This document shows positions 31,123 to 41,411 of a DNA stretch of 64,000 nt, piece after piece. The translations under genes and the position numbers were made by a program. The stretch is taken from the NCBI GenBank assembly GCA_031259845.1, contig JAIRKZ010000100.1, positions 809 to 64,808 on the forward strand, written 5' to 3'. How positions within the stretch are numbered: the first letter of the stretch is position 1; the number at the start of each line of letters is the position of its first letter. Under the pieces are notes generated by a model. It was not told the origin of the DNA. It made no database searches and saw nothing but the letters and a program-made list of their open reading frames with translations. The stretch comes from Tannerellaceae bacterium. GTDB lineage: Bacteria; Bacteroidota; Bacteroidia; Bacteroidales; Tannerellaceae.

Positions 31123-32982
31123 TTAATAACCAGGGTTCTGAACCAATATGCCTTTATTAACTTCAGACTGAAGAAATGGCTCTAAAAACCATTTCGGATG
31201 CCAGAAACCGGTAAATGAATAAGCATCCCAGTATGATACTAAAGCATCCATTGTTTGTAGATTACCTATACGCAGAAATGATATCTCATATTTCGGACCT
31301 CCGAGTATATTGGTTCCTATATCAGGGTGTTTCCAAAACTTCACATCGAAAAAGCGATGATTCTCAAAGAAAAATTCCAAGGCTTTTTCACGCTGAATCT
31401 CAGCCCTGAGCTGGTTCTTATCAGTTACTGATATAGAAGGTAATCCGGCACGATTACGAATAATGTTCAAATATCTCAATGCCTCAATCGTATTGCCAAC
31501 TTCATTATATGCTTCGGCAAGATGTATATAATTTTCCGCCAATCGGAACAATGGAAATTCCAGCCATACTCTCGCGCCTGCTTCAAAATAAAACTTCGTG
31601 GGCGATCCTACTGCTCTGCCTTCCTGGGCTCTGGTCATATTCTCAGCTACAGTCGCGTTGGTTGTAAAACTGGCTAAGTATTGCATATTTTCATTCCAAT
31701 TGGCATGACCATCATTAGATGCGGTAAATTTCCCCGGCACACACATATCTACGCGAAAACGGGCTTCAATTTTGTCAATATTATCTCCAAAGTCGGATAT
31801 AGGACGTGGAGCCGCTTCTCCAACACGTGGCCAATCGATTTCTCCTCCGTCTCTATCGCGATAAAGTCTTAAAAAGTTGGTTAACATGCCTATCTGAGCT
31901 TTTTCTCCAACCTCAACATAATTCGAAAAATTATAAGCCATATTCATATTATTGGCTACAACCTGAGTGTTGGCGATTTTATAGGCAAGAAGGATTTCAG
32001 GCCCGTTAAGTTGAGATACTCCGTGTCCGTAATCTTTAATTGCATCTGAAAAAGTATTTCTGTTTCCTTCACCTGCAGAAAAGATTAATCTTTTATTATT
32101 ATTTTTTGCCCATTGCAAAACAGCCAGATTTGCCTGGATAGCTTCCTGCCAGCGTTGTTCGCTATATCCTCCTATCCATATCAATTCTTCGTTTTCACCG
32201 GGGAAATTAATATTGTATTCTCTGGTATAAGGAGTTTCAGAATTGAAAAGGGGACGGGCGGCAAATATCAACAGGCGGGCTTTCATGGCTAGCACTGCAC
32301 CCTTTGTTAGTCTTCCAACCCACTTTTCGCCATCGCCCGGTTCAATATCTACCCAACTATCAGGCACTCTCTTATAAGCTTCATCTATTGACTCTAAAAT
32401 AAAATCCAAGGTATTTTGTACTGACTCGCGGGGAATAGCCAAATCATCATCCATATTATTTGCTTGCCTCACAATTGGAAGCCCGCCAAAACGGTAAAAC
32501 ATTCCCATATAGCGGTAAGCTATAAGTCCATAAGCTTCACCTCGAACGAATTCTTTCATTCGGTCGCTCATATCCTCCACTTTATGGATGTTATCAATAA
32601 TAATGTAACATCTCCTTATAACACGCCAATTATTTTCAAAAATTTCAGAACCCGCTGCGTTAGATTGGTAATCTTCACCGGCAATATTGGGCCCATTTTG
32701 AACTAATTTATACATCGGATGCCAGCTATAACCTCTGGTAAGTTCACCCGATATGCTTGCAATTGTGCCGTGCGTTGACCCCCAACTCTCTGGCAACCCA
32801 TGTTTGAGCCCCAAGTGGTAAGCGGCAAAAAGCATACCTTCGGCATCTTTACGGGTAGAAAAGACATCATCTAAATATACATTCCCTGTGACTTCAGGCA
32901 TTTCTAAAAAATTGTCACAGGAATTAATCCCTGTCAAAATCAAACTTAGTAATAAGATGACAAATAATCTATTCATAATCAT
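31123..32982 (-). CDS. susD: SusD/RagB family lipoprotein (first of tandem pair)
   Basis: Lipobox INSC-DNFLE; FGGLPIV, ARLLIFAARPLFN, FRLAENYIHLAEA, EKALEFFFENHRFFD, LVQNPGY. Confidence 0.93.
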   Translation of the reverse strand: MIMNRLFVILLLSLILTGINSCDNFLEMPEVTGNVYLDDVFSTRKDAEGMLFAAYHLGLKHGLPESWGSTHGTIASISGELTRGYSWHPMYKLVQNGPNIAGEDYQSNAAGSEIFENNWRVIRRCYIIIDNIHKVEDMSDRMKEFVRGEAYGLIAYRYMGMFYRFGGLPIVRQANNMDDDLAIPRESVQNTLDFILESIDEAYKRVPDSWVDIEPGDGEKWVGRLTKGAVLAMKARLLIFAARPLFNSETPYTREYNINFPGENEELIWIGGYSEQRWQEAIQANLAVLQWAKNNNKRLIFSAGEGNRNTFSDAIKDYGHGVSQLNGPEILLAYKIANTQVVANNMNMAYNFSNYVEVGEKAQIGMLTNFLRLYRDRDGGEIDWPRVGEAAPRPISDFGDNIDKIEARFRVDMCVPGKFTASNDGHANWNENMQYLASFTTNATVAENMTRAQEGRAVGSPTKFYFEAGARVWLEFPLFRLAENYIHLAEAYNEVGNTIEALRYLNIIRNRAGLPSISVTDKNQLRAEIQREKALEFFFENHRFFDVKFWKHPDIGTNILGGPKYEISFLRIGNLQTMDALVSYWDAYSFTGFWHPKWFLEPFLQSEVNKGILVQNPGY

Positions 32983-32988
32983 AAAAAG

Positions 32989-35900
32989 TTAAAATTGAAC
33001 ACTAAAACCGAACACAACTGTTCTTGTTAAAGGAAAAACATAAGTAATTGTACCAATGTTATCTTTTGTTTCAGGGTCTATGCCATAATCTTTCATCTTG
33101 TCGAAAAGGGTGAAAATATTGTTGGCATTGACATATACCCGCAATGAAGACATTCCTGCAGACTGCAAAAAGCGGGAAGAAGCCGGAAATGAATAGCCTG
33201 CCTCCAAATTTTTCAATCTTAAATGATCACTTGATAACATCCATTGCTCACTTATAGGACCGAAATTGTAATGGTTTTGATCGGCATTATATACAGCGCG
33301 TGGATAGGTGATTTTCTGGCCGGCAGCAACTTTTTCGGGTGTCCATCGTCCTTCATACTGCCATCTGAATGCATTTCCGGCTCTCTTGAAGAAAGGACTG
33401 GTTATTCTGGTTAGGTAAAACGATCCTTGAGCAGTACCACTGATTACCGCTTTTATATCAAATCCTTTGTAGCTAAATCCGATTTTTCCGCCAAAATTGT
33501 ATTGAGGCCTGTTTGGATAGCCTATCGGAGCCATGTCTCTGTTGTCAACAATACCGTCGCCATTCAGATCAAGATATTTAATATCACCCAATGTAACTGC
33601 ATTATTTAGGGGAACGAAAAATGGACGGCTGTTGAGTTCATCCAACGTATTATAATATCCATCGGTTTTATAACCAAACCTTTGTCCGACACTATGCCCG
33701 GTTTCATTCATCCAATCGTATGGATTTGGAGCTTCAGCCTTGTAAATAACTTTATTTTTGGCATAAGTCACATTTCCTTCAATGAAGTAGCTGAAATCAG
33801 CTGCTCTGTCACTCCACCCCAAAACTACCTCATAACCCTTGTTGGTAACCTCTCCTACATTAACAGGGGACGTATTGTCGCTTGGAAGACCAAAAGTAAT
33901 CGGTATAACGCCCAAAGTGGTCAGGATATCCTTGCGATCTTCGCTAAAATAGTCTGCAACAAGCGATAATCTGTCGCTGAGGAATTTGGCTTCAATCCCT
34001 GCGCTGGTTTTCGTCGATTTTTCCCATGTTACATTCGGATTACCCAAATTACCCTCGGATGAACCTCTATATATCGTATTCGGGTCTCCTGTACTTGTAC
34101 CGAATTGATAATAGTTGCCGCCGTTCGACCATGATGAAGAACCTCCACCTTGACCTTGATTTATAGTATATGTTCCGGGTAAATACAAATATCTGCGGCT
34201 ACCTATCCTGTCGTTGCCAACAACACCATAACTACCGCGGATTTTGAGAAATGTAACCCAGTTGCTTGTAGGGAAGAATGATTCATTGGAAGCCACCCAA
34301 CCAAGTGAGAAAGCAGGGAAAAATCCAAAACGGTTTTCCTTCGCAAAATTCTCGGTCCCGTTGTAAGCTATATTGGCTTCTGCCATATAGCGTGTATCGT
34401 AATCATAAGTTACGCGAGCGGAAGTACCAATGAGGCCGGTAGGAGTATTGTAGCTGTCGCTTGGCATAGTATATTTGGAGGCCCTACCCAAAGCTAACAT
34501 ACCCAAGCTATGCAGCCCAAAAGTTCCGTCGTAACTAATGATAGCATCAACATAAAAGTCGCGCATACTACCACTTGACGACGAACTAAATGAATCCGTA
34601 GAGCGTGTTCCTCCAAAAAATTCAAGTTCATTGGGATTTGTTTGACTCCTCCGTACTGAATATACAGGAATAGCTGTTTGCTCAACAATAGTTTTTCGGA
34701 AATTATCCTGATACCTTAAACTTGCTTGAGCAGATAATCCTTTAAGCAGATAAGACATTTCATGTTTTAACTTGAAGGTGTAGTCAATCCTTGTGTTGTA
34801 AAGTTGTCCGGACGGACGGCCCAATAAAGTACGAAGCCAACTTCCGGAAATCTCGCTATCTGTTCTTCTTCTCAATTCATCCTGTATCGAATTTGTCGGA
34901 TAGTTTATACTGCTGATTAATTTTCCGTCAGTAATACCACCCTTATTGATAAAGGGGTTCCCTTCGTAAATAATTTGCATGATATTGCTATAGCGATCAT
35001 ATAGTTCGCCAGTGCCTGGTCCCTGAGTCATACCAAATTGTGCTGATGAATTTACTGAAAACGTAGTATGTTTGAAAACATCAATATCTACATTAGCCCT
35101 TAAATTATAACGCTGATACCTTGATCCTGTTTTAACGCCATAATATGAAGAGTTGAACGTAATACTTTGCTGATCAAAATAACCCAGCGAGACATAATAC
35201 TTAACCCTCTCAGTACCACCCGAAACATTAATATTGGTTTGCCATTGGGGAGCTGTTCTGCCGAACAATTCAGCATACGCGTCTGAGGAGCCGTAGTATA
35301 ATGCAGGGCTATTCAGTAGTCTTTCTTTTTGCTCCGGCGATAAATTCATGGCATCAACTTCAGCGGGAGTAAAATCCCTGTTATTTTCAAATTTCCATAA
35401 ATCATCTTCGGTAAACAAATAATTTAAAAGAGGGGTGTCTCCGTAGCCCTTAACTTCATTCATAACGGCTTCGTTACGGAATAATGCATATTCATAAGAA
35501 GAAAGCCCTTTTTGTAAGTTAGTAGCTTTTGTAAACCCAAAATTACTTGAAAAACTTACTTTTGGTTTACCTACTTGTCCGCGCTTGGTAGTAATGATAA
35601 TAACCCCGTTGGCAGCGCGAATACCATAAACGGCAGTAGAAGAAGCATCTTTTAATACACTGATACCTAAAATATCATTAGGATTCATGCTATTCATCAC
35701 ATTCATTGCCTGTTCGGCGGGTTGTTCGATACCGTCTATTACAATCAGCGGCATGGTACTTGCCGTACCATAAGTTGATATGCCACGGATGGCGATTTCA
35801 GCTGCATCTTGTCCGGGTTCGCCACTAATCGTAACCGCGCTGATACCAGGTGTAATGCCTACGAGGATAGAGGAAATATTTGCAACAGGAACCGCAATGA

Positions 35901-36630
35901 TATCATTGCCTGATACTGTGGATATAGCGCCTGTCACGTTTACTCTTTTCTGTGTGGCAAAAGCCGTCACTACTACTTCTTCCAAGGTTTTTGTGTCTTC
36001 TTGCAAAACAATATCGAAAGTGGTTCTTCCAACCGTAGGAATATCCTGATCCAAATAACTAATATATGAAATATGAATGACTGCATTATTCTCCACTTGT
36101 AAGGAGAACCTCCCGTCAATATCAGTTATAGTCCCATTAGTTGTTCCGACTTCAATAATATTTGCCCCGATAACAGGCTCGCCGCTGCTGTCTGTAACAG
36201 TTCCCGATATTGATTGTTTACGGCCTTGCTGAGGCGCCGGAGCAACATTTTTCATGTTATCAGCAGCATTAGCTTTATAAAAAATGACATGTCGATCCAC
36301 AATCTCATATTTAACCTTATCAGGATCTATTACATTATCCAGAATATCCTGAATCGTATGTTTTTGACCATCCACTTTTACTATTTGGTTCAGGTCTATC
36401 GCTTTGTCGTTATAGAAGAAAATAAATTCACTCTTTTCTTCTATTTCGTTAAATAATTCTTGTAATGTTTTGTTTCCTTTCGCCAAGTCAATCTCTGTTT
36501 TTAGAAGAGACTCTGCTGTGGCTGCCCAGCAATAGGTGACTATTACTGAGAAAAACAAAGCAATCTTCATTTTTCGTATTATCTTTCGCAATTCTAACGG
36601 AGAACCGCATTTGATTCTGATTAATTTCAT
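32989..36630 (-). CDS. susC: SusC/RagA TonB-dependent transducer with N-terminal STN signalling domain
   Basis: STN region (LQELFNEIEEKSEFIFFY), GTVTDSSGEPVIGA..TDIDGRFSL, LEEVVVTA, LKDASSTAVYGIRAANGVIIITTKRG, C-terminal F. Confidence 0.95.
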   Translation of the reverse strand: MKLIRIKCGSPLELRKIIRKMKIALFFSVIVTYCWAATAESLLKTEIDLAKGNKTLQELFNEIEEKSEFIFFYNDKAIDLNQIVKVDGQKHTIQDILDNVIDPDKVKYEIVDRHVIFYKANAADNMKNVAPAPQQGRKQSISGTVTDSSGEPVIGANIIEVGTTNGTITDIDGRFSLQVENNAVIHISYISYLDQDIPTVGRTTFDIVLQEDTKTLEEVVVTAFATQKRVNVTGAISTVSGNDIIAVPVANISSILVGITPGISAVTISGEPGQDAAEIAIRGISTYGTASTMPLIVIDGIEQPAEQAMNVMNSMNPNDILGISVLKDASSTAVYGIRAANGVIIITTKRGQVGKPKVSFSSNFGFTKATNLQKGLSSYEYALFRNEAVMNEVKGYGDTPLLNYLFTEDDLWKFENNRDFTPAEVDAMNLSPEQKERLLNSPALYYGSSDAYAELFGRTAPQWQTNINVSGGTERVKYYVSLGYFDQQSITFNSSYYGVKTGSRYQRYNLRANVDIDVFKHTTFSVNSSAQFGMTQGPGTGELYDRYSNIMQIIYEGNPFINKGGITDGKLISSINYPTNSIQDELRRRTDSEISGSWLRTLLGRPSGQLYNTRIDYTFKLKHEMSYLLKGLSAQASLRYQDNFRKTIVEQTAIPVYSVRRSQTNPNELEFFGGTRSTDSFSSSSSGSMRDFYVDAIISYDGTFGLHSLGMLALGRASKYTMPSDSYNTPTGLIGTSARVTYDYDTRYMAEANIAYNGTENFAKENRFGFFPAFSLGWVASNESFFPTSNWVTFLKIRGSYGVVGNDRIGSRRYLYLPGTYTINQGQGGGSSSWSNGGNYYQFGTSTGDPNTIYRGSSEGNLGNPNVTWEKSTKTSAGIEAKFLSDRLSLVADYFSEDRKDILTTLGVIPITFGLPSDNTSPVNVGEVTNKGYEVVLGWSDRAADFSYFIEGNVTYAKNKVIYKAEAPNPYDWMNETGHSVGQRFGYKTDGYYNTLDELNSRPFFVPLNNAVTLGDIKYLDLNGDGIVDNRDMAPIGYPNRPQYNFGGKIGFSYKGFDIKAVISGTAQGSFYLTRITSPFFKRAGNAFRWQYEGRWTPEKVAAGQKITYPRAVYNADQNHYNFGPISEQWMLSSDHLRLKNLEAGYSFPASSRFLQSAGMSSLRVYVNANNIFTLFDKMKDYGIDPETKDNIGTITYVFPLTRTVVFGFSVQF

Positions 36631-36711
36631 AATTTTGTACTCGCTTTTAGATTTTAAAAATGCTATTTGAAAAATTGCCGGAAGGTATTCGCATTACTTT
36701 CCGGTTTTTTT
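36630..36711 (+). ncRNA. candidate cis-antisense sRNA to the susC leader (promoter plus terminator)
   Basis: TAATTTTG -7 element (36630-36637) overlapping the complement of the susC ATG; hairpin CCGGAAGGTA-TTCGCAT-TACTTTCCGG then T7 (36678-36711) oriented antisense to the PUL. Confidence 0.5.
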
Positions 36712-36749
36712 CTGTCCGGGGTGCTTCATGTTTTCATAGATATATATTT

Positions 36750-37967
36750 TCAGGGTTTAACATTAATCTTTATTCCTTCATTTTGGAACTCATACGTAAT
36801 AGGGGCCGTGATGGAGATAATCCGGAGGGTTTTTTTTATATCTCCCTTCAAATCAAACTTGCCGCTTACGGCTGTACGGTCGATAGCCGAAGCATCATAA
36901 ATAAGTTTAACATTATAATTCCGTTCTACTTTCTTTAGCACATTGCTCAATTTTTCGTTTTTGAAAAAGAGGAAGCCGTTTTTCCAACAGGTATAATCAA
37001 TGATATCTACTTCTTGTATATTAGTGGTATGGTTTTGTTTTTCAAGTAAATATTTCTGATTGGGTTTGAGGGTGCGGGTTGTTTGTTCCAGAATCTCTTT
37101 TATGGATACGGAACCTTCAACCAAGACTATGGATTGGTGATCGTCGTTTTGGTAGCCGGAGATGTTGAACGAGGTTCCTAAAACACGAATCTCCAACATA
37201 TCTGTTTTTACGAAAAAGGGTAATTTCTCGTTTCGAACCACTTCCAGATAAGCTTCTCCGTCTATAAAAATTTCCCGTCTGCCGCCTGCAAAAACGGGGG
37301 GATAGATTACTCGACTACCCGAATTGAGCCAAATCTTAGTACCATCACCCAGTTCCAGACTACCTGTTTTTCCGTAAGGGATTACTAATTGAAGGAGATT
37401 TGTTTCGGGCTTACCGGCCGGATTGTCGCTTTCTATCAGTTTGCCATTCACACTCATCCTTCCATTGATATTGAGCCGCAGGTCGGCATTCGATTCATCT
37501 ATTTCTATTTTCTTCCGATTGGCCAGAATAAGCGTTATATCGCCGGATGTTTGGTCGATTGCTGCAGAGTTGGCGATAAGCGATTGATAATTTATTTTTT
37601 TATCTGTTCCATGCTTTTGGGTGGTATAAAAATAGTAACTTCCGGTTGCTACGAGGAATAACACGGCTGCATAGCGAAGAGGGTATGGCAGGCGAAATGA
37701 TTTCTTTTTTTCCTTGATAGTTGTTTCTATCTTATGCCATATTGCTCTTTTAGCCTCCTCCGACAGACCTTCCTCTACAATCCTCATGCCTTTTATTATT
37801 GTTTTCAGTTCATCAATTGCTTCTTTTTTCTCAGTATCTTCTTGCATAATTTGATTCCAATATATATCTGTATCAGTTGTAGGATGTAATAACCATAGGA
37901 GTAGGTTGTCGTCGTCAAGCAGGCTGTGATATAGTTGTTCCCGTCGTGATTGTTCCATATAATTCAT
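36750..37967 (-). CDS. FecR-family anti-sigma factor
   Basis: Single TM (RYAAVLFL), LGDGTKIWLNSGS, GEAYLEV, VLGTSFNI, LVEGSV, SGKFDL. Confidence 0.92.
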   Translation of the reverse strand: MNYMEQSRREQLYHSLLDDDNLLLWLLHPTTDTDIYWNQIMQEDTEKKEAIDELKTIIKGMRIVEEGLSEEAKRAIWHKIETTIKEKKKSFRLPYPLRYAAVLFLVATGSYYFYTTQKHGTDKKINYQSLIANSAAIDQTSGDITLILANRKKIEIDESNADLRLNINGRMSVNGKLIESDNPAGKPETNLLQLVIPYGKTGSLELGDGTKIWLNSGSRVIYPPVFAGGRREIFIDGEAYLEVVRNEKLPFFVKTDMLEIRVLGTSFNISGYQNDDHQSIVLVEGSVSIKEILEQTTRTLKPNQKYLLEKQNHTTNIQEVDIIDYTCWKNGFLFFKNEKLSNVLKKVERNYNVKLIYDASAIDRTAVSGKFDLKGDIKKTLRIISITAPITYEFQNEGIKINVKP

Positions 37968-38058
37968 ATCCTTTTTGTGTTATATTATAACAAGGAAACG
38001 AATTTGAATGATGTTTTGTACTCATACGTTGCAAAAAAATGAAAAAATAATTGTAGAA

Positions 38059-38649
38059 CTACTTTAAAGCGCTTAGAAAAAAGGTAATGAATAGAGCAAA
38101 ATCCATTTCATCGCGGATTTTTTCGATAGCACGATGTATCAGATTGCGAGCTGACTGGTAATTGATTCCTAACAGTTGAGAAATTTCTTCATACGATAAC
38201 TCAGCTTGAAAACGTAGATAGATAGCCTCTTTTTGACGGTTAGAAAGTAAAGTGATTGCCTTTTCAAATCGTACCTTTATGTTGTCATCATTATATGCAT
38301 CTTCCTCAGGTTCAAAAACAAATTCTACATGAAAGGGAAGTTCTTGTGGGGAGAGGTAAACCATCTTCTCTTTTTGGCGGAGGGCGTCTATGAGCGTATT
38401 TTTCAGAATTTTGAACAAATAGAAAACCGGATTGTTCATTTCCGGTAGCTCGCCCCGGTTTTGATATAACTTGAGGAAAACGTCCTGAATAGAGTCTTTC
38501 ACCAGTTCTTTATTATTCGTAAATTTCATTCCGTATCGAAATAGCCTGTCCGATGTCCATTCAAAAAGAGCAGCAAAAGCCTCTTTATCGCCCTTCCTGA
38601 ACTGATTCCATATTGCAGCCTCCTTTGCAGGAAGCATATTCTCTGTCAT
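38059..38649 (-). CDS. ECF-type RNA polymerase sigma-70 factor
   Basis: GDKEAFAALF, DSIQDVFLKL, LSNRQKEAIYLRF..LSYEEISQLLGI..QSARNLIHRA. Confidence 0.93.
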   Translation of the reverse strand: MTENMLPAKEAAIWNQFRKGDKEAFAALFEWTSDRLFRYGMKFTNNKELVKDSIQDVFLKLYQNRGELPEMNNPVFYLFKILKNTLIDALRQKEKMVYLSPQELPFHVEFVFEPEEDAYNDDNIKVRFEKAITLLSNRQKEAIYLRFQAELSYEEISQLLGINYQSARNLIHRAIEKIRDEMDFALFITFFLSALK

Positions 38650-38750
38650 CCTAATGAATTTTCAATCGGTAAAAGTACTACATTTTGTAGATAATTAGGG
38701 CAACCGTACCAAAATAGACATATTCAATAACCGAAGGCCACCGACTTCCG

Positions 38751-38790
38751 GAAAGGATGCACCCCTTTTGGGAAAAGGGTGCGCCCTTTT
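38751..38790. repeat. two tandem palindromic units, 22-bp period
   Basis: GAAAGGATGCACCCCTTT at 38751 and AAAAGGGTGCGCCCTTTT at 38773, between divergent genes. Confidence 0.6.
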
Positions 38791-38881
38791 TAATTAGTTG
38801 ATTTCAATTGATAGTTAACGATTAATTAATATATTTGTTCCTTTGTAAATAAAAACGACTACATAAATATACATAACAAAT

Positions 38882-40630
38882 ATGGAAAACAGCGAGTTAT
38901 TAGAAATGGTAAGAAACCGGGCAAAGGGTTGGCTTACGCAAAGCTACGACGAAGAAACACGCCAGGAAGTACAGGCGCTGCTTGACAGGGAAGACGCTAC
39001 CGATTTAATTGACGCCTTTTACAAAGACCTTGAATTTGGAACAGGCGGCTTACGGGGCGTTATGGGGGTAGGAACCAATCGGATGAATATCTATACGGTT
39101 GGCGCGGCTACGCAGGGGTTGTCTAATTATCTGAAAAAGCAATTCGGAGAGTTGGAACAAATAAAAGTTGTTATCGGGCACGACTGCCGTAACAATAGCC
39201 GAAAATTTGCTGAGATTTCGGCAGATATCTTTTCTGCCAACGGTATCAAGGTCTATTTATATGATGATCTTCGTCCTACTCCGGAGATGTCGTATACCAT
39301 TCGTAAGCTGGGATGCCAGAGCGGAATTATCCTTACGGCCTCGCACAATCCGAAAGAGTATAACGGATATAAGGCATATTGGAACGATGGCGCACAAATG
39401 ATAGCCCCCCATGATAAAAATACAATTGCTGAAGTAAACAAAATACGTAACGCTTCGGATATCAAATTTAAAGGGGATAAAGCCCTGGTTGAAATTATCG
39501 GGGAAGAAATTGACAGGCAATACATAGAAGCGCTGGCCGGCATTTCGTTATCAAAAGACGCCATTATGCGCCACAGCGACTTGAAGATCGTTTATACGCC
39601 AATTCATGGAACGGGGGTACGCATCGTGCCGGATACATTAAAAGCGTTTGGATTTACCAATATTATACACGTACCGGAGCAGGATGTGGTGAGCGGTGAT
39701 TTCCCCACAGTCATCTCGCCTAATCCGGAAGAGCCGGCTGCGCTTGCCATGGCGGTAGAAAAAGCGAAAGAAACAGACGCCGAATTGGTTTTGGCCACCG
39801 ACCCCGATGGAGACCGCGTAGGGGCAGCCGTAAAGAATAACGAAGGCGAATGGGTATTGCTCAATGGCAATCAAACAGCCTTGCTGTTTATTTATTATCT
39901 GATTACCCGCTGGCGGGAGTCAGGAAAGCTGGAAGGGAAAGAATACATCGTCAAGACCATTGTAACTACCGAACTCGTCCGCACGATTGCCGAAAAGAAC
40001 GGCGTAGAATTGTACGATGTGTACACCGGATTCAAATGGATTGCCAACATAATGCGCAAGAATGAAGGAAAGAAGAGCTACATCGGCGGGGGAGAAGAGA
40101 GCTACGGTTTCCTTTGCGAAGATTTTGTCCGTGATAAAGACGCCGTATCCGCCTGCGCTATCCTGGCCGAGATGACAGCCTGGGCGAAAGACCAGGGGCT
40201 TTCGCTCTATCAATTATTGCAACGTATTTATGTGGAATATGGTTTCTCTCACGAAAAAGGTATATCCGTTGTAAAGAAAGGTAAAAGCGGAGCGGAAGAA
40301 ATCGAAGCGATGATGGCTAATTACCGTAAGAACCCGTTAACGGAAATAGCCGGTTCCAAAGTAGCTTTTATCTATGACTATTCTACCTTAAAAGGATACA
40401 GTTGCCAGGATAAGGAAACGCTTATATTGGATATGCCCACTACATCCAATGTACTTCAATACGTAACGGAAGACAAAACAAAGGTATCCATCCGTCCTTC
40501 GGGAACAGAACCTAAAATTAAATTCTATTGCGAAGTACATTACAAAGTAAGTAATCCCGAAGAATTGGCAGAAACCCAAAAAGCGGCGGAAGAAAAGATA
40601 GAACAAATCAGAGCTTCACTAAGTATCTGA
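38882..40630 (+). CDS. pgm: phosphoglucomutase / phospho-sugar mutase
   Basis: LEFGTGGLRG, TASHNP phosphoserine loop, DPDGDR metal loop, GGEESYG, RPSGTEPKIKFY. Confidence 0.93.
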   Translation: MENSELLEMVRNRAKGWLTQSYDEETRQEVQALLDREDATDLIDAFYKDLEFGTGGLRGVMGVGTNRMNIYTVGAATQGLSNYLKKQFGELEQIKVVIGHDCRNNSRKFAEISADIFSANGIKVYLYDDLRPTPEMSYTIRKLGCQSGIILTASHNPKEYNGYKAYWNDGAQMIAPHDKNTIAEVNKIRNASDIKFKGDKALVEIIGEEIDRQYIEALAGISLSKDAIMRHSDLKIVYTPIHGTGVRIVPDTLKAFGFTNIIHVPEQDVVSGDFPTVISPNPEEPAALAMAVEKAKETDAELVLATDPDGDRVGAAVKNNEGEWVLLNGNQTALLFIYYLITRWRESGKLEGKEYIVKTIVTTELVRTIAEKNGVELYDVYTGFKWIANIMRKNEGKKSYIGGGEESYGFLCEDFVRDKDAVSACAILAEMTAWAKDQGLSLYQLLQRIYVEYGFSHEKGISVVKKGKSGAEEIEAMMANYRKNPLTEIAGSKVAFIYDYSTLKGYSCQDKETLILDMPTTSNVLQYVTEDKTKVSIRPSGTEPKIKFYCEVHYKVSNPEELAETQKAAEEKIEQIRASLSI

Positions 40631-41007
40631 ATTATCTTCTGTTCAGTGGCGTCTTCTTCCGGAGAGAGATTGAGGGGTGTTTTTTGTCCTTGCCGCCGGG
40701 GTGTTATTTATGTCCCGGCAAAGTGTCATTTTACCCCCTTCCTGTTTCGCTTATTTGTAACCCCGGACAGGATAACTCCCAAAAACACGCTGCATTTGGC
40801 GCTTGCCTTTTGATAAAATGATATAAAAAGAAAGATAATACAAACTATATGCGCACCGATTAATCCTGTGCGTAATAAAATGGAGCAAAAATCAGTCGTT
40901 TGCTATCTGTTTGCTTAATAAAAACAGTGGGTGAAAACAGTTGTTTCAGCGCCATACCGAGCCTTCGGAAGCCGCTTTTCCGGGCGCTTCCGGGCCTTCC
41001 GTTTTTT

Positions 41008-41117
41008 CATTGCGATGCCTTCAGCAAACCATTGTAATGTTTTAGTAAAGACATTGCAATGCTTTTGCAAAGGCATCGTATTCCTTTCCTCAAGACTCCG
41101 TCATGTTTTCCCGGAGT
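41008..41117. repeat. five degenerate tandem units, exact 22-bp period, palindromic core CATTGCAATG
   Basis: Units start 41008 CATTGCGATG, 41030 CATTGTAATG, 41052 CATTGCAATG, 41074 CATCGTATTC, 41096 CTCCGTCATG. Confidence 0.7.
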
Positions 41118-41403
41118 CCTCCCGCAAAACAGCCAATACCGGCTCATTTGATTACGAAAACAATCGCAATCGTCCTCCAATTTCCCCCTTTCCGTACAAA
41201 ACGCCCGTTAGCCGAAAATGCAAATTCCTTAAAATCTGTCAGCAAATAACCCTTAATGCTGGCATATTGTAAAACGGCCCGGCTTCGGAACCGGCTGCGT
41301 TGAACCCGAACGATGATGTAATCGTGGAAAGAAAAGGTTCGGCATTGTGAATGTAATGATAACAAATATAGGGTAAGCTAACGAAACTATTCTTAAAAAA
41401 CGC

Positions 41404-41411
41404 TACCTTTG
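41404..41411 (+). promoter_or_regulatory. Bacteroidetes sigma-A -7 element for the hpt-adk-obgE operon
   Basis: TACCTTTG matches TAnnTTTG, 21 bp before the hpt ATG. Confidence 0.65.

Noticed and set aside
41239-41360. SRP RNA or riboswitch upstream of hpt
   Set aside because: No SRP helix-8 GGAA/AGCAG arrangement or purine-riboswitch core recognisable by eye; left as unexplained.
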